Positions 1 through 8,611 of a stretch of DNA of 42,867 nt are shown here, in pieces. Location: assembly GCA_964196305.1 (NCBI GenBank), contig CAXMSJ010000077.1, forward strand, positions 1-42,867, written 5' to 3'. A program made the translations under genes and the position numbers. How positions within the stretch are numbered: position 1 is the first letter of the stretch; every line of letters starts with the position of its first letter. Below the pieces are notes generated by a model. The model did not search any database, was not told where the DNA came from, and was given only the letters and a program-made list of their open reading frames with translations. Source of the stretch: an uncultured Acidimicrobiia bacterium (GTDB lineage: Bacteria > Actinomycetota > Aquicultoria > CAJVYJ01 > JAUVQD01).

Positions 1-1
1 G

Positions 2-1582
2 GTCATCAATAGCCTGGCCATCAATAATGAGGCGACCTATACGGTCTCGACCACAGTGACAGTTGAGAGCTCGGTGACCGGGGCTTCGGAGATGCGGTTT
101 GCAGAGAGCCTAGGTTCGCTTGGTGCTCAGACTTACCAGGCGTATGACACTACGCACACTTTTGTCTTTACTCTGGGCGACGGCACCAAGACAGTGTATT
201 CGCAATTTAAGGATTCTATTGGTAATGTCACCGTGGCCGGCAGCATCGGCTCGTTCGATGCCATCGTTCTCGACCCGCAAGCGCCGGTAGTGGCTTCGAC
301 TGACCCGCCGGACTTGGCCACCTTAGTTTCTACGACCAAGACCGTCACCGTTGATTTCACCGAGGCGAATGGGGTCGACCCGAACACCCTCGCCAACGAC
401 GACACCGAGCCCGGCTCCACCTTCTACCTGAAAGAGGGCGCAAACTGGACGACGGCGACTGTCTCCTATGATCCGGTTCTCAAGCGGGCCAGCCTCGATC
501 CCGTGAGCGCTCTTAGCCAAGGCACCACGTATACCGCCTATCTGACCACGGGCGTCACCGATCTGGCCGGCAATGCCCTGGGGTCCGGATATAGCTGGAG
601 CTTTTCCACGGCTGACAGCGCCCCGCCGGATACGGTTATTACAGATCCGCTGGGCGGGACTCTGACCGGGCCCGCCAAGCTCATCTTGGGAACAGCTGCC
701 GACAACTCTAGCGTTTCCACCGTTACCGTCTCGATCACTCGCGATAGCGATGGTTACTATTGGAACGAGACGACCTGGACGGCATCAGCGGCGTGGAACA
801 CCGCTGTCATCACGGCCGGGCAAGATACCACTGCGGCTTCTTGGCAATATTCATGGGTTCTGCCGAGTGATAACGGTGGTGGCTACAGTATCTCAGCTCG
901 TTCAGCCGACAGCGCGGCTAACACTGACCCGACCCCAGCCACGGTGGCGGTCAATGTGGATAATATTGCCCCGGCAATCACCAGTTTTCTGATATCTAAT
1001 GACGCTACTTATACGAACTCGACTACGGTGACCTTGAATAACTCGGCTTCCGGGGCGGTGGACATGAGGTTCGGCGAGACTACCGCCACCCTTTTAATTG
1101 CAGCTTATGGCTCATACAACACGACGGCAGCGTTTTCGCTCAGCGCCGCCGACGGCACCAGGACCGTCTACTCTCAGTTCAAGGATGTGGCCGGCAATGA
1201 GACGACGCCGGCAATCATCGGCTCGTTCGACGCCATCATTCTCGATACTTCTGCACCGGTAGTGGCTTCGACTGACCCGCCGGATTTGGCTGCCCTGGTT
1301 CCCACAACCAAGACTGTTACCGTTGATTTCACGGAAGCGAACGGGATCGACCCGAGCACCATTGCCAACGACGACACCGAGCTCGGCTCCACTTTCTACC
1401 TGAAAGAGGGCACCAATTGGACGACGGCGACCGTCTCCTATGATCCGGCCCTCAAGCGGGCCAGCCTTCTGCCAAGCGCTGTCTTAAGCGATGCGACCAC
1501 CTATACCGCCTATCTGACCACGGGCGTCACCGATCTGGCCGGCAATGCCCTGGGCACACCGTATAGCTGGAGCTTTTCCACT
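2..1582 (+). repeat. Intragenic tandem duplication with a 972-bp (324-aa) period
   Basis: About 245-609 aligns with about 1217-1581 at offset 972, and 530-582 is identical to 1502-1554 (53 nt). The protein repeat INSLAINNEATYT / ITSFLISNDATYT has the same offset. Confidence 0.92.
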
Positions 1583-3730
1583 TCGGGCATATTCACACAT
1601 GCGCCAGGCGATCCGACAAATCTCGCGGTGGAAGCAGCGGACATGGTCAACTTGCTGACGTGGACGGCCGTGACTCCGGCCAGTGACTCCGGTGGAGATT
1701 TCGATCCGCCGACTCAAGGTGGATATAATATTTACCGGAGCGCTACTGAGACCGGTCCGTGGACGCAGGCGAATGCCACCACTGTTACCACCACGACCTT
1801 TGCCGATCCATCCGATGGCTCACCACCGAGGGGTGTGTTCTTCTATGTGGTCAGAGCGATAGATGCTGCTGGAAGTGAGAGTGGCGACTCTAACAGCGAT
1901 GACAACGGCAATGTCGATATGAGCCGGAGCACTGATACATCCGCTACAGTTTTGATGCGGAGTGCGAATGACTTTATCGACCTGTCTGTGCCCGCTCAGG
2001 GCGCGGCTACGACCTTGACAATCTCGACACCGCTTAGCTATCCGGGCGGCATTAGTCCGTTGACGCTCGTTTATCAATTTGAGCCGACGGGCACAACTCT
2101 TTCCCCGTCGGCTACGGTTACGTTCAAGACGCTCGGGGACCCAACAGACTTGCTGATCGCCGCCAACCGGGGGAGCGGCTGGCAAATACTGAGTGCCGGC
2201 AACTACACTTACGACGTTGCTTCTCAGACAGTTTCCTATGATGGCATAGATCAGTTTAGCCACTACACAGTGGTTGATTCGTCACTGACTCCACCACACG
2301 GAGGGTATCTGCCGACGACGACATTGTGCGAGGTCTGTCATATTCTTCATGGCGACCCAACCGCCGGCTTGCAACGTGAGCGCCGGTTCCTCCGGGCCGA
2401 GGAGGATAGCGCTTTCGCTGTTTTCGCCGGATCGTGGTCCGATGTCGCCGGGGGCGGACGGAGCTCAAACACCGCCACTGTCTCGGCGACAGCAGGAGAT
2501 CAGGTCGACCTGTTTTTCCGAGGCAAAGAGGTTGGTCTGCGCGTCACGGAGACCTCTGGTTCCGGGCAGGCCCGAATATATATCGATGGGGTCGTGCAGG
2601 AGGATATCGATCTCTATCGCTCCGTCGACCGGTATCAAGCACTGTTGTTTTCCGAGGCGGCTCTGTTAAACGCGGATCACACCCTGACAGTCGAAGTGTT
2701 GGGGACAAAGAATGCCAGCTCGACCGGGTTTGCCGTTGAAGTGGATGCTTTTGATGTCATAAAGCTCAAGGACATGGGCCTAACGGCTGATGACGAGAAG
2801 GCTGTTTGTTATGTCTGCCACGATGGCACCGGCAGTGCTTTTGATATCTCGACACAATTTGCGGAAACCTCCGGGGTTCCGGTTCCGGTTTCAAGCCATC
2901 CGGTAGCGGTGGGCACAATCTTGTGCAGTGACTGTCATTCACCGCACGCTTCGGGCGAGGACTGGGATGCCGACCACGATGCCAATGAGGCCGTTCGTCT
3001 TCTCCGGTCCGACTTTCAGACGTATCTGGGGTTTGTGGTCGTTGAGCAGAACACCTGGCTAGACACGCCCGAGCCGGCCGACCTCATTTTTGGTGTGCCG
3101 GAGCAGCGCAAGGTTTTGGCACCTTACGAGGCCTGCGCCTCTTGCCACGGCGTCGGGTCGAGTTTGCCGGGCGGAAATATCACTGAATTTTATGACAATG
3201 GAGGGACGAAGCATGACAGCACAGCCACAGTCCCCGCCGGCACTAAGGCGAATATCGCTTGTACATCATGCCACGAGTGGCACGTCTCCGATCTTCCGGC
3301 TCTTTTGGAGTCGACTATCTCAGGAAGTGCCGTGACCGGTAATGATAATTCGGTTTGCTATGCCTGCCACGCAGAAAACAAGATAATTGCTTATGGTGAT
3401 GCGACGCCAACCGGCGATATTCACGGGGCCAATGAAAGCACGCAGACGACAGCCAGTCCCGGCCTGTTCGCGCCGTACAGCTATCGTGATCCACAGATCC
3501 AGTGCACGGTCTGCCATGACCCGCACGGCACAGGCAATCTCTTGTGGATCCCGGAGACGGTCAATTCGACCGGACCGATATCAGTCAATTCGACGGCGGC
3601 GCCCGATTGGGCGGAGATGGACAGTCTCTGCCAAGCTTGCCATACGACCACCCACAACCCGAACACTGTCTGCACAGATTGTCACTTCCATGGGGCCAAT
3701 GAAGATGCTACAACCACCACTCGTTTCTGA
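2..3730 (+). CDS. Giant extracellular multihaem c-type cytochrome (9 CxxCH) with Ig-like repeats, FN3, ZU5-like and galactose-binding-like domains; 5'-partial
   Basis: The frame is open from base 2 (VINSLAINNEATYT...), so the true start lies upstream of the window. It has Thr/Ser-rich Ig-like repeats (SbsA/Big_5-like 'P.V.ST.P......V.....V.V.F.E...TYTAYLTTGVTDLAGN.L..YSWSF') and an FN3 domain (GYNIYRS...YVVRAIDAAGSES). The C-terminus carries CEVCH, CYVCH, CSDCH, CASCH, CTSCH, CYACH, CTVCH, CQACH and CTDCH. Confidence 0.9.
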   Translation, partial: VINSLAINNEATYTVSTTVTVESSVTGASEMRFAESLGSLGAQTYQAYDTTHTFVFTLGDGTKTVYSQFKDSIGNVTVAGSIGSFDAIVLDPQAPVVASTDPPDLATLVSTTKTVTVDFTEANGVDPNTLANDDTEPGSTFYLKEGANWTTATVSYDPVLKRASLDPVSALSQGTTYTAYLTTGVTDLAGNALGSGYSWSFSTADSAPPDTVITDPLGGTLTGPAKLILGTAADNSSVSTVTVSITRDSDGYYWNETTWTASAAWNTAVITAGQDTTAASWQYSWVLPSDNGGGYSISARSADSAANTDPTPATVAVNVDNIAPAITSFLISNDATYTNSTTVTLNNSASGAVDMRFGETTATLLIAAYGSYNTTAAFSLSAADGTRTVYSQFKDVAGNETTPAIIGSFDAIILDTSAPVVASTDPPDLAALVPTTKTVTVDFTEANGIDPSTIANDDTELGSTFYLKEGTNWTTATVSYDPALKRASLLPSAVLSDATTYTAYLTTGVTDLAGNALGTPYSWSFSTSGIFTHAPGDPTNLAVEAADMVNLLTWTAVTPASDSGGDFDPPTQGGYNIYRSATETGPWTQANATTVTTTTFADPSDGSPPRGVFFYVVRAIDAAGSESGDSNSDDNGNVDMSRSTDTSATVLMRSANDFIDLSVPAQGAATTLTISTPLSYPGGISPLTLVYQFEPTGTTLSPSATVTFKTLGDPTDLLIAANRGSGWQILSAGNYTYDVASQTVSYDGIDQFSHYTVVDSSLTPPHGGYLPTTTLCEVCHILHGDPTAGLQRERRFLRAEEDSAFAVFAGSWSDVAGGGRSSNTATVSATAGDQVDLFFRGKEVGLRVTETSGSGQARIYIDGVVQEDIDLYRSVDRYQALLFSEAALLNADHTLTVEVLGTKNASSTGFAVEVDAFDVIKLKDMGLTADDEKAVCYVCHDGTGSAFDISTQFAETSGVPVPVSSHPVAVGTILCSDCHSPHASGEDWDADHDANEAVRLLRSDFQTYLGFVVVEQNTWLDTPEPADLIFGVPEQRKVLAPYEACASCHGVGSSLPGGNITEFYDNGGTKHDSTATVPAGTKANIACTSCHEWHVSDLPALLESTISGSAVTGNDNSVCYACHAENKIIAYGDATPTGDIHGANESTQTTASPGLFAPYSYRDPQIQCTVCHDPHGTGNLLWIPETVNSTGPISVNSTAAPDWAEMDSLCQACHTTTHNPNTVCTDCHFHGANEDATTTTRF

Positions 3731-4373
3731 TAGACGCGCACCCATCAATCGCTTCCTGGCGATTACTGTCATCATTCTACTGGTGGTGGCCGTGATGATG
3801 GCGGCCTTCGCGGTGGTCGAGGAGTTCAGCGGTCCAGTTGGCCCGGGAGAGATCGTTGAGCAGAGCATCGTTAGATATCGGTTGTTGCTGGCGGAGGATG
3901 CTGAAAATGTTGCTGCTCGTCTTGAGATCGCTCGAGCCTATGTTCGTGCCGGTCGACCAGAGCAGGCGGCAAGAGAATTCAAAATCGTCCTAGAGTCGGA
4001 CCCCAAGGAGGTGGCGAGCCTGACCGGCCTGGCTCGTCTTTATGAGGACGGCGGCTCAGCTTCGCAAGCGCGAGCATATTATCTGCGGGCGACCAAGGTG
4101 GCCCCGGCTGATGAGCTGTCTTGGTTGGGCTTGAGCCGGCTGGCGTTAGCTAAAGAAGACTTTGAAGCGGCAGCTGGACACCTGCGCCAAGCGCTAGCCA
4201 TCAAGCCCACTTTAGCTGATGCGCACTTCGAGTTGGCTCGCACGTACGAACAGCTTCATCGTTATCGAGAGTCTGAGCGCGAGTACGAGGAGGCCCTCCG
4301 GTATGTTCCCGACTACCCCGGAGCGGCAGCCGGCCTAGCCCGGATCGGACAGGCGGGCGGTATTGATGAGTAG
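3699..4373 (+). CDS. Membrane-anchored tetratricopeptide repeat (TPR) protein
   Basis: An N-terminal TM helix (FLAITVIILLVVAVMMAAFAVV) precedes TPR-like units (ARLEIARAY, SLTGLARLY, SWLGLSRLA, AHFELARTY). The start is more plausibly 3699 or 3705 than 3387, which lies deep inside the cytochrome gene. Confidence 0.85.
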   Translation: MKMLQPPLVSDRRAPINRFLAITVIILLVVAVMMAAFAVVEEFSGPVGPGEIVEQSIVRYRLLLAEDAENVAARLEIARAYVRAGRPEQAAREFKIVLESDPKEVASLTGLARLYEDGGSASQARAYYLRATKVAPADELSWLGLSRLALAKEDFEAAAGHLRQALAIKPTLADAHFELARTYEQLHRYRESEREYEEALRYVPDYPGAAAGLARIGQAGGIDE

Positions 4374-5325
4374 AAAACTCTTCGCAGCGGTGGCCGGGGT
4401 CATTATTTTCTTTGGGGTAGGCCTGGTCGCCTACCTATACGTTGATGGAAAAGCCGAGTATCTCCAGGCGTACCAGCCGACGGACCTTCTGGGCTCACCG
4501 CAGTGGCTGTACCCGCTGGAGGGAGACCAGGGGCATCGGATTCTTAAGCCGATGGGACTGGTTGTTCGTCGCGGCAACATCTATGCGACCAGCGCCGACG
4601 GTCGCGTGGTTGTTTCTGATCGTCAAGGCAGCAAATATCGCGATCTGGTGACGATGGAGGATTCGCCTCCGCCAACCGCGATTGTTATCGACGATGAAGG
4701 CCGGACATATATCAGCTCGGCCCAAGGGAAGGACATCCGGGTCTTTGATTCAGAGGGCGAGCCAACCGATGAGGGGCGCCCCCGTCAAAGCAAGCTGAAG
4801 GTCCCGGTGGGGCTGGGTTATCACCAGGGCCACCTATATGTGACCGATGTTGGCGACCATAAAGTTAAGATATTCAGCGCCGGCGGCGAGCTGGTTAAGG
4901 AGTTTGGCGGTTTCGGCAGCCGCGTCGGCAAATTCGCCTATCCGAACGGGGTGGCTGTGGCGCCGGACGGTCGTATTTATGTGGCCGATTCTAACAACGG
5001 TCGTGTGCAGGTCTTTGATCGAGACTGCCAATTCGTCGAGACGCTGCCTCAGCCGACGGCAGAGAAAGACAAGGTCCTCATGCCCAGAGCTATGGCTTTC
5101 GACAGACTGGGGCGAGTTCACGTGCTGGACACATTGCGGGGCTTGGTTCACGTCTACGGCCCGGGCCATAAGTACCTTTTCAACTATGGTCAAGGAGAGG
5201 TGGCTGGGGCGCGGCTCCGCTATCCAAACGCCATTTCTATTGATGCCGAAACAGGCCTAATTTTTATCGCCGACCGGCAGAATAATCGAGTGGCTGTCTG
5301 GGGTGCAGAGCCAAAGCCTCGCTAG
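4363..5325 (+). CDS. Membrane-anchored NHL-repeat six-bladed beta-propeller protein
   Basis: N-terminal TM helix and NHL blades (PVGLG..LYVTDVGDHKVKIF, FAYPNGVAVAPDGRIYVADSNNGRVQVF, YPNAISID..IFIADRQNNRVAVW). It overlaps the TPR stop codon. Confidence 0.9.
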   Translation: MMSRKLFAAVAGVIIFFGVGLVAYLYVDGKAEYLQAYQPTDLLGSPQWLYPLEGDQGHRILKPMGLVVRRGNIYATSADGRVVVSDRQGSKYRDLVTMEDSPPPTAIVIDDEGRTYISSAQGKDIRVFDSEGEPTDEGRPRQSKLKVPVGLGYHQGHLYVTDVGDHKVKIFSAGGELVKEFGGFGSRVGKFAYPNGVAVAPDGRIYVADSNNGRVQVFDRDCQFVETLPQPTAEKDKVLMPRAMAFDRLGRVHVLDTLRGLVHVYGPGHKYLFNYGQGEVAGARLRYPNAISIDAETGLIFIADRQNNRVAVWGAEPKPR

Positions 5326-6452
5326 TCTGTCGGTGAATCCGTTGCTGGGGGTCGCCATGATTCCCAGCCTGCCAACACGATCATCCCCATGCCGAGTGCC
5401 ATCAGCAGGAGCGTTACGACCGCGCCCAAGAATGGGATCAAGCGCACCAGCCCAAAGCCGATGATGCCAATAACGCCGGCGCCGATAGACCAATCTCGCC
5501 CGTTTGATCTGGAGAGTAGGGCGCTTCCTAAAGCCGCTGCGGCATAAACCTGCCCAAGGTAGAGAGCGATGGCATAGAACGCCACGATGATCAGGGCCAG
5601 CGGCGAGGCCAGTCCGAGTGAGAACACCACCAGGAGCAACGATGCTATCGGAGTTAGTAGCAGCACGGCGGCCCCAAGGCCAAGGGTGGCTCCGGGGCGC
5701 TCCCGAAGGACACGGCTGGTATTTTGGAGGGTCGCCGGGAAGAGCCAGTTAGCCGCCAAGACAGTTAGGAGCATCCCCAGCACTGACCAGAGCCATCCGA
5801 CGGCACGGAGCCAAGGCGGTGGTGCCGGCACTTCAATTGGCGCGAGACGCTCCAGGTCTCCGGTAAGTCGGGCCGCTGTGGCAATTTTCGCTTTTTTGTC
5901 ACTCCGATAGACGATATCGCCGTCGATCTTGGCGCTATCACTAAAGGTCAGGCTGTCAACAGTTAGTCTGAGGTCGCCGCCGATTTTTCCGTCAAAGTCG
6001 GCCGAACCTAGCCCAGCGAGGACATCGTCGTCGATCCGGCCATCGGCTTCGAGCACACCTGCTCCGGCGACCAGATCCCCGGCAATGATGGAATTCTCTT
6101 CCAGTATTAGCAGACCGGCGCCAGCCAGCACATCGCGGCCAATGCTTCCAGCGATCGTTACTTGCCCGCCGGCGGCGCGGACCGAACCGGTAACTGGCCC
6201 GCTAATCATGACCTGGCCGCCGGCCACCATGATGTTGCCATCGACCATCCCGGTGATTCTGACATTGCCGCCGGCGACGATCAGATCGCCAGAGATATGG
6301 CTGTCGATCTCGACCGTGCCGCCAAAGACATAGACATCGTCAGTGAGGCGCCGGTCAAGGCGAATCTCTTCGTCAGCATAAATCGTTGCAGCCAGGGCTG
6401 GCTGGGTGGCCCCGATGAGCAGCAACATGATTGTGATGAGAAACAGCTTCAT
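5322..6452 (-). CDS. Exported bactofilin-like (polymer-forming) beta-helix protein with a C-terminal multi-TM domain
   Basis: Signal peptide (..QPALA|A), 15-aa 'G.V.GD...AGG.V.I' repeats, then about 5 hydrophobic helices. Confidence 0.8.
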   Translation of the reverse strand: MKLFLITIMLLLIGATQPALAATIYADEEIRLDRRLTDDVYVFGGTVEIDSHISGDLIVAGGNVRITGMVDGNIMVAGGQVMISGPVTGSVRAAGGQVTIAGSIGRDVLAGAGLLILEENSIIAGDLVAGAGVLEADGRIDDDVLAGLGSADFDGKIGGDLRLTVDSLTFSDSAKIDGDIVYRSDKKAKIATAARLTGDLERLAPIEVPAPPPWLRAVGWLWSVLGMLLTVLAANWLFPATLQNTSRVLRERPGATLGLGAAVLLLTPIASLLLVVFSLGLASPLALIIVAFYAIALYLGQVYAAAALGSALLSRSNGRDWSIGAGVIGIIGFGLVRLIPFLGAVVTLLLMALGMGMIVLAGWESWRPPATDSPTD

Positions 6453-6508
6453 TGCCTACTCTTTACCCCAATCTGAGGCGCGGGACTCAGTTTCCCCGGA
6501 GGACAGGC

Positions 6509-7597
6509 TCAGCTTGGTTGAAAATGGCCGCCGCTTCGCCCGACCAGGTTCATGGCCGTCAGTTGAACGCGTTCCTGTGGATCGGCGATGACTTCGCCGA
6601 TCACTTTTGCCTGACGGTTCACTCCCAAGATCGAGACGGCAGCAGCGGCATCAGCGGCATCGACCACAGCGCAGAGGCCGACGCCCATGTTGAAGACCTG
6701 GAACATCTCCGCCGGCTCAACTGGCCCACCGGTGGCGATCAAATCGAAGATAGGCTGTGGCTCGAGCAGGTCAGTTAGAACGTACCCCACCTGGGCCTGG
6801 GCGCGTGTTAGATTAAGAAAACCGTCACTGGTGATATGGGCCAGGCTCTTGACCTTGACCGGGCTGGCCAGAAGATCCATTGCCTCATCTACATATATAG
6901 CGGTCGGCTCCAGCAGTTCTTCGCCCAGCTCCCGCCCCAACTCCGGAACATGAGAGTCGACATCTAGTTTCAGGTGGTCAAACAGGACTCGCCGGGCTAA
7001 AGTTAGGCCATTGCTGTGTATCCCGCTTGAAGCAACGCCGATGATGACATCTCCCGGCTGAACATCCGCCCCGATGAGCAGATCCTCAAGGTCGACTGTG
7101 CCGACGCAGGTGCCAACAAGGTCGAAGCCGTAGCCGGGCTTGATTCCGGTCACCATCTCTTTTAGTTGGGCTACTTCGCCGCCGGGAATATTGATGTGTG
7201 CCAGTTGTGCTCCGGCCAGCAAGCCCTGGGCCAGAGGCGTCAATAGATCCTCTCGGGCCTCCTGTACGGCAATATAGTCCACCATTGACAAGGGTCTGGC
7301 GCCGACACAGATGATGTCATTGACATTCATGGCGACGCAGTCGATGCCGATCGTATCGAAGCGGCCACAAGCTTCCGCCACCAATATCTTGGTGCCGACG
7401 CCATCAGTGGCGATAGCGATACCTTGCCCGTTGCCGATGTCGATGACACTGGCGTAAAAACCAAGGTCCACAGCGGCCGGTCGGATTTTCATGGTCTCCC
7501 GCACGGCAGCAATCAGCCCCTCCATGCCGGTGGTGACATTGGTCGTGGTGACCCCAACCTCGTTATATGTTAGTGATTTTTCGCTGTCAGCCGCCAT
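6509..7597 (-). CDS. purM: Phosphoribosylformylglycinamidine cyclo-ligase (AIR synthetase)
   Basis: Motifs ATDGVGTK, IGIDCVAMNVND, GGEVAQL, SSGIHSNG, AHITSDG and FNMGVG. Confidence 0.95.
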   Translation of the reverse strand: MAADSEKSLTYNEVGVTTTNVTTGMEGLIAAVRETMKIRPAAVDLGFYASVIDIGNGQGIAIATDGVGTKILVAEACGRFDTIGIDCVAMNVNDIICVGARPLSMVDYIAVQEAREDLLTPLAQGLLAGAQLAHINIPGGEVAQLKEMVTGIKPGYGFDLVGTCVGTVDLEDLLIGADVQPGDVIIGVASSGIHSNGLTLARRVLFDHLKLDVDSHVPELGRELGEELLEPTAIYVDEAMDLLASPVKVKSLAHITSDGFLNLTRAQAQVGYVLTDLLEPQPIFDLIATGGPVEPAEMFQVFNMGVGLCAVVDAADAAAAVSILGVNRQAKVIGEVIADPQERVQLTAMNLVGRSGGHFQPS

Positions 7598-7697
7598 TCG
7601 CCCATTCTATCAGAAAGGACCGCCACGTAAGAGCGGGCGGTAATGCGCTGCTCACCCTTTTTGTTGGTGTCTGTACTATACTTGGTCAACCACTAAC

Positions 7698-8315
7698 ATG
7701 GAGGCAAGCGTGAATATCAATCTTGAGGAAGACCAGCTCAGCGAAGCAGAGCTTATTGGCAACTCGAACCATCTCTGCTGGGTTTACGATAATGATGATG
7801 ACCAGCTGGCGATCATGAAGCCGTTCGTTCTCTCTCATCTGATGGAGCGCCACAAATGTTTGCTGGTGGTGCCCAAAGAGGTAGCCGCCGGCCTCTATGA
7901 TGCTCTCCGTAAGGACGACTTTAACGTTGAGCGCTATATCGATTCCGGTCAGTTGTCGGCGGTCGATCCAGCGGATCTTTTTTTCGCCGGCGGACCTTTT
8001 GATGTCGATGTCATTCTCCATCGTATGCAGGTGGCCTGGACTGAAGCTATCAGTGAAGGGTGGAGGCGCTTAGCGGTGGTTAGCGACCCTTCGACGGTAC
8101 TTGAGGGGGCGGACGACAGAGACTGGTTGGCTCTCGAATTTCGCACTGATTTTGAATGCCTGACTCAACCCTGCAGCATGCTTTGTCTTTACGATGCCCG
8201 CGAGGCATCAGGGGCGTTTATCACGCAGATCATCAAGGTCCACCCGGTTGTCGGCTTGGGGAGGGGCGTGGCGCGGAACCCGTTCTACGGCCCCCAGGCC
8301 AACGAAGCGATCTAG
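7698..8315 (+). CDS. Stand-alone MEDS (DcmR-type sensory) domain protein
   Basis: N-terminal HLCWVY motif, C-terminal LCLYD...HP..V...NPFY pattern and about 200-aa size match MEDS. Confidence 0.8.
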   Translation: MEASVNINLEEDQLSEAELIGNSNHLCWVYDNDDDQLAIMKPFVLSHLMERHKCLLVVPKEVAAGLYDALRKDDFNVERYIDSGQLSAVDPADLFFAGGPFDVDVILHRMQVAWTEAISEGWRRLAVVSDPSTVLEGADDRDWLALEFRTDFECLTQPCSMLCLYDAREASGAFITQIIKVHPVVGLGRGVARNPFYGPQANEAI

Positions 8316-8347
8316 GGGGTTACCCTAAGGCTCCGTTGCGTACGGGT

Positions 8348-8497
8348 TTAAGTGTTGGGGCGGAGCCAATCGGCGTTGATATTCTCAAAGAAGAGGAAGC
8401 CGAACATCAAGCCAAAGACAATCACCGCCGCGACTACCAGAACGACCGCCGGCGGCAAGCCGGGCTTTTTCTGATTTTTTGAGTCTTCATCTTGCAT
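8348..8497 (-). CDS. Small (49 aa) single-pass membrane protein, missing from the ORF track
   Basis: MQDEDSKNQKKPGLPPAVVLVVAAVIVFGLMFGFLFFENINADWLRPNT*. A GAGGGG RBS precedes the ATG, and the ORF fills the intergenic gap. Confidence 0.7.
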   Translation of the reverse strand: MQDEDSKNQKKPGLPPAVVLVVAAVIVFGLMFGFLFFENINADWLRPNT

Positions 8498-8572
8498 TGC
8501 TTGGCCCCTCGATTGGCAAATGGCGTTGATCGAATTTTACCATACGAGACGGAGTGGCAAGTGGTCGCCCGC

Positions 8573-8601
8573 TTGAAAAAAATACTCATTTAGTTTATAA
8601 A
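8573..8601 (+). promoter_or_regulatory. Putative sigma70-type promoter of the gldA-like operon
   Basis: TTGAAA-17 nt-TATAAA, 10 nt upstream of the ATG at 8612. Confidence 0.55.
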
Positions 8602-8611
8602 TTGGGCGTCA

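Noticed and set aside
133-1392. Paired similar minus-strand ORFs (133-420 and 1174-1392)
   Set aside because: They are antisense shadows of the 972-bp intragenic duplication, not separate genes.
245-1581. Near-identical repeat pair considered as a diversity-generating retroelement TR/VR or a CRISPR-like repeat
   Set aside because: Both copies are in-frame coding domains, the differences are not restricted to adenines, and there is no reverse transcriptase, cas gene or spacer structure.
3387-3698. N-terminal 104 aa of the 328-aa track ORF
   Set aside because: It overlaps the haem-coding end of the cytochrome gene in another frame and is Arg/Ser-rich shadow sequence. The TPR protein plausibly starts at 3699 or 3705.
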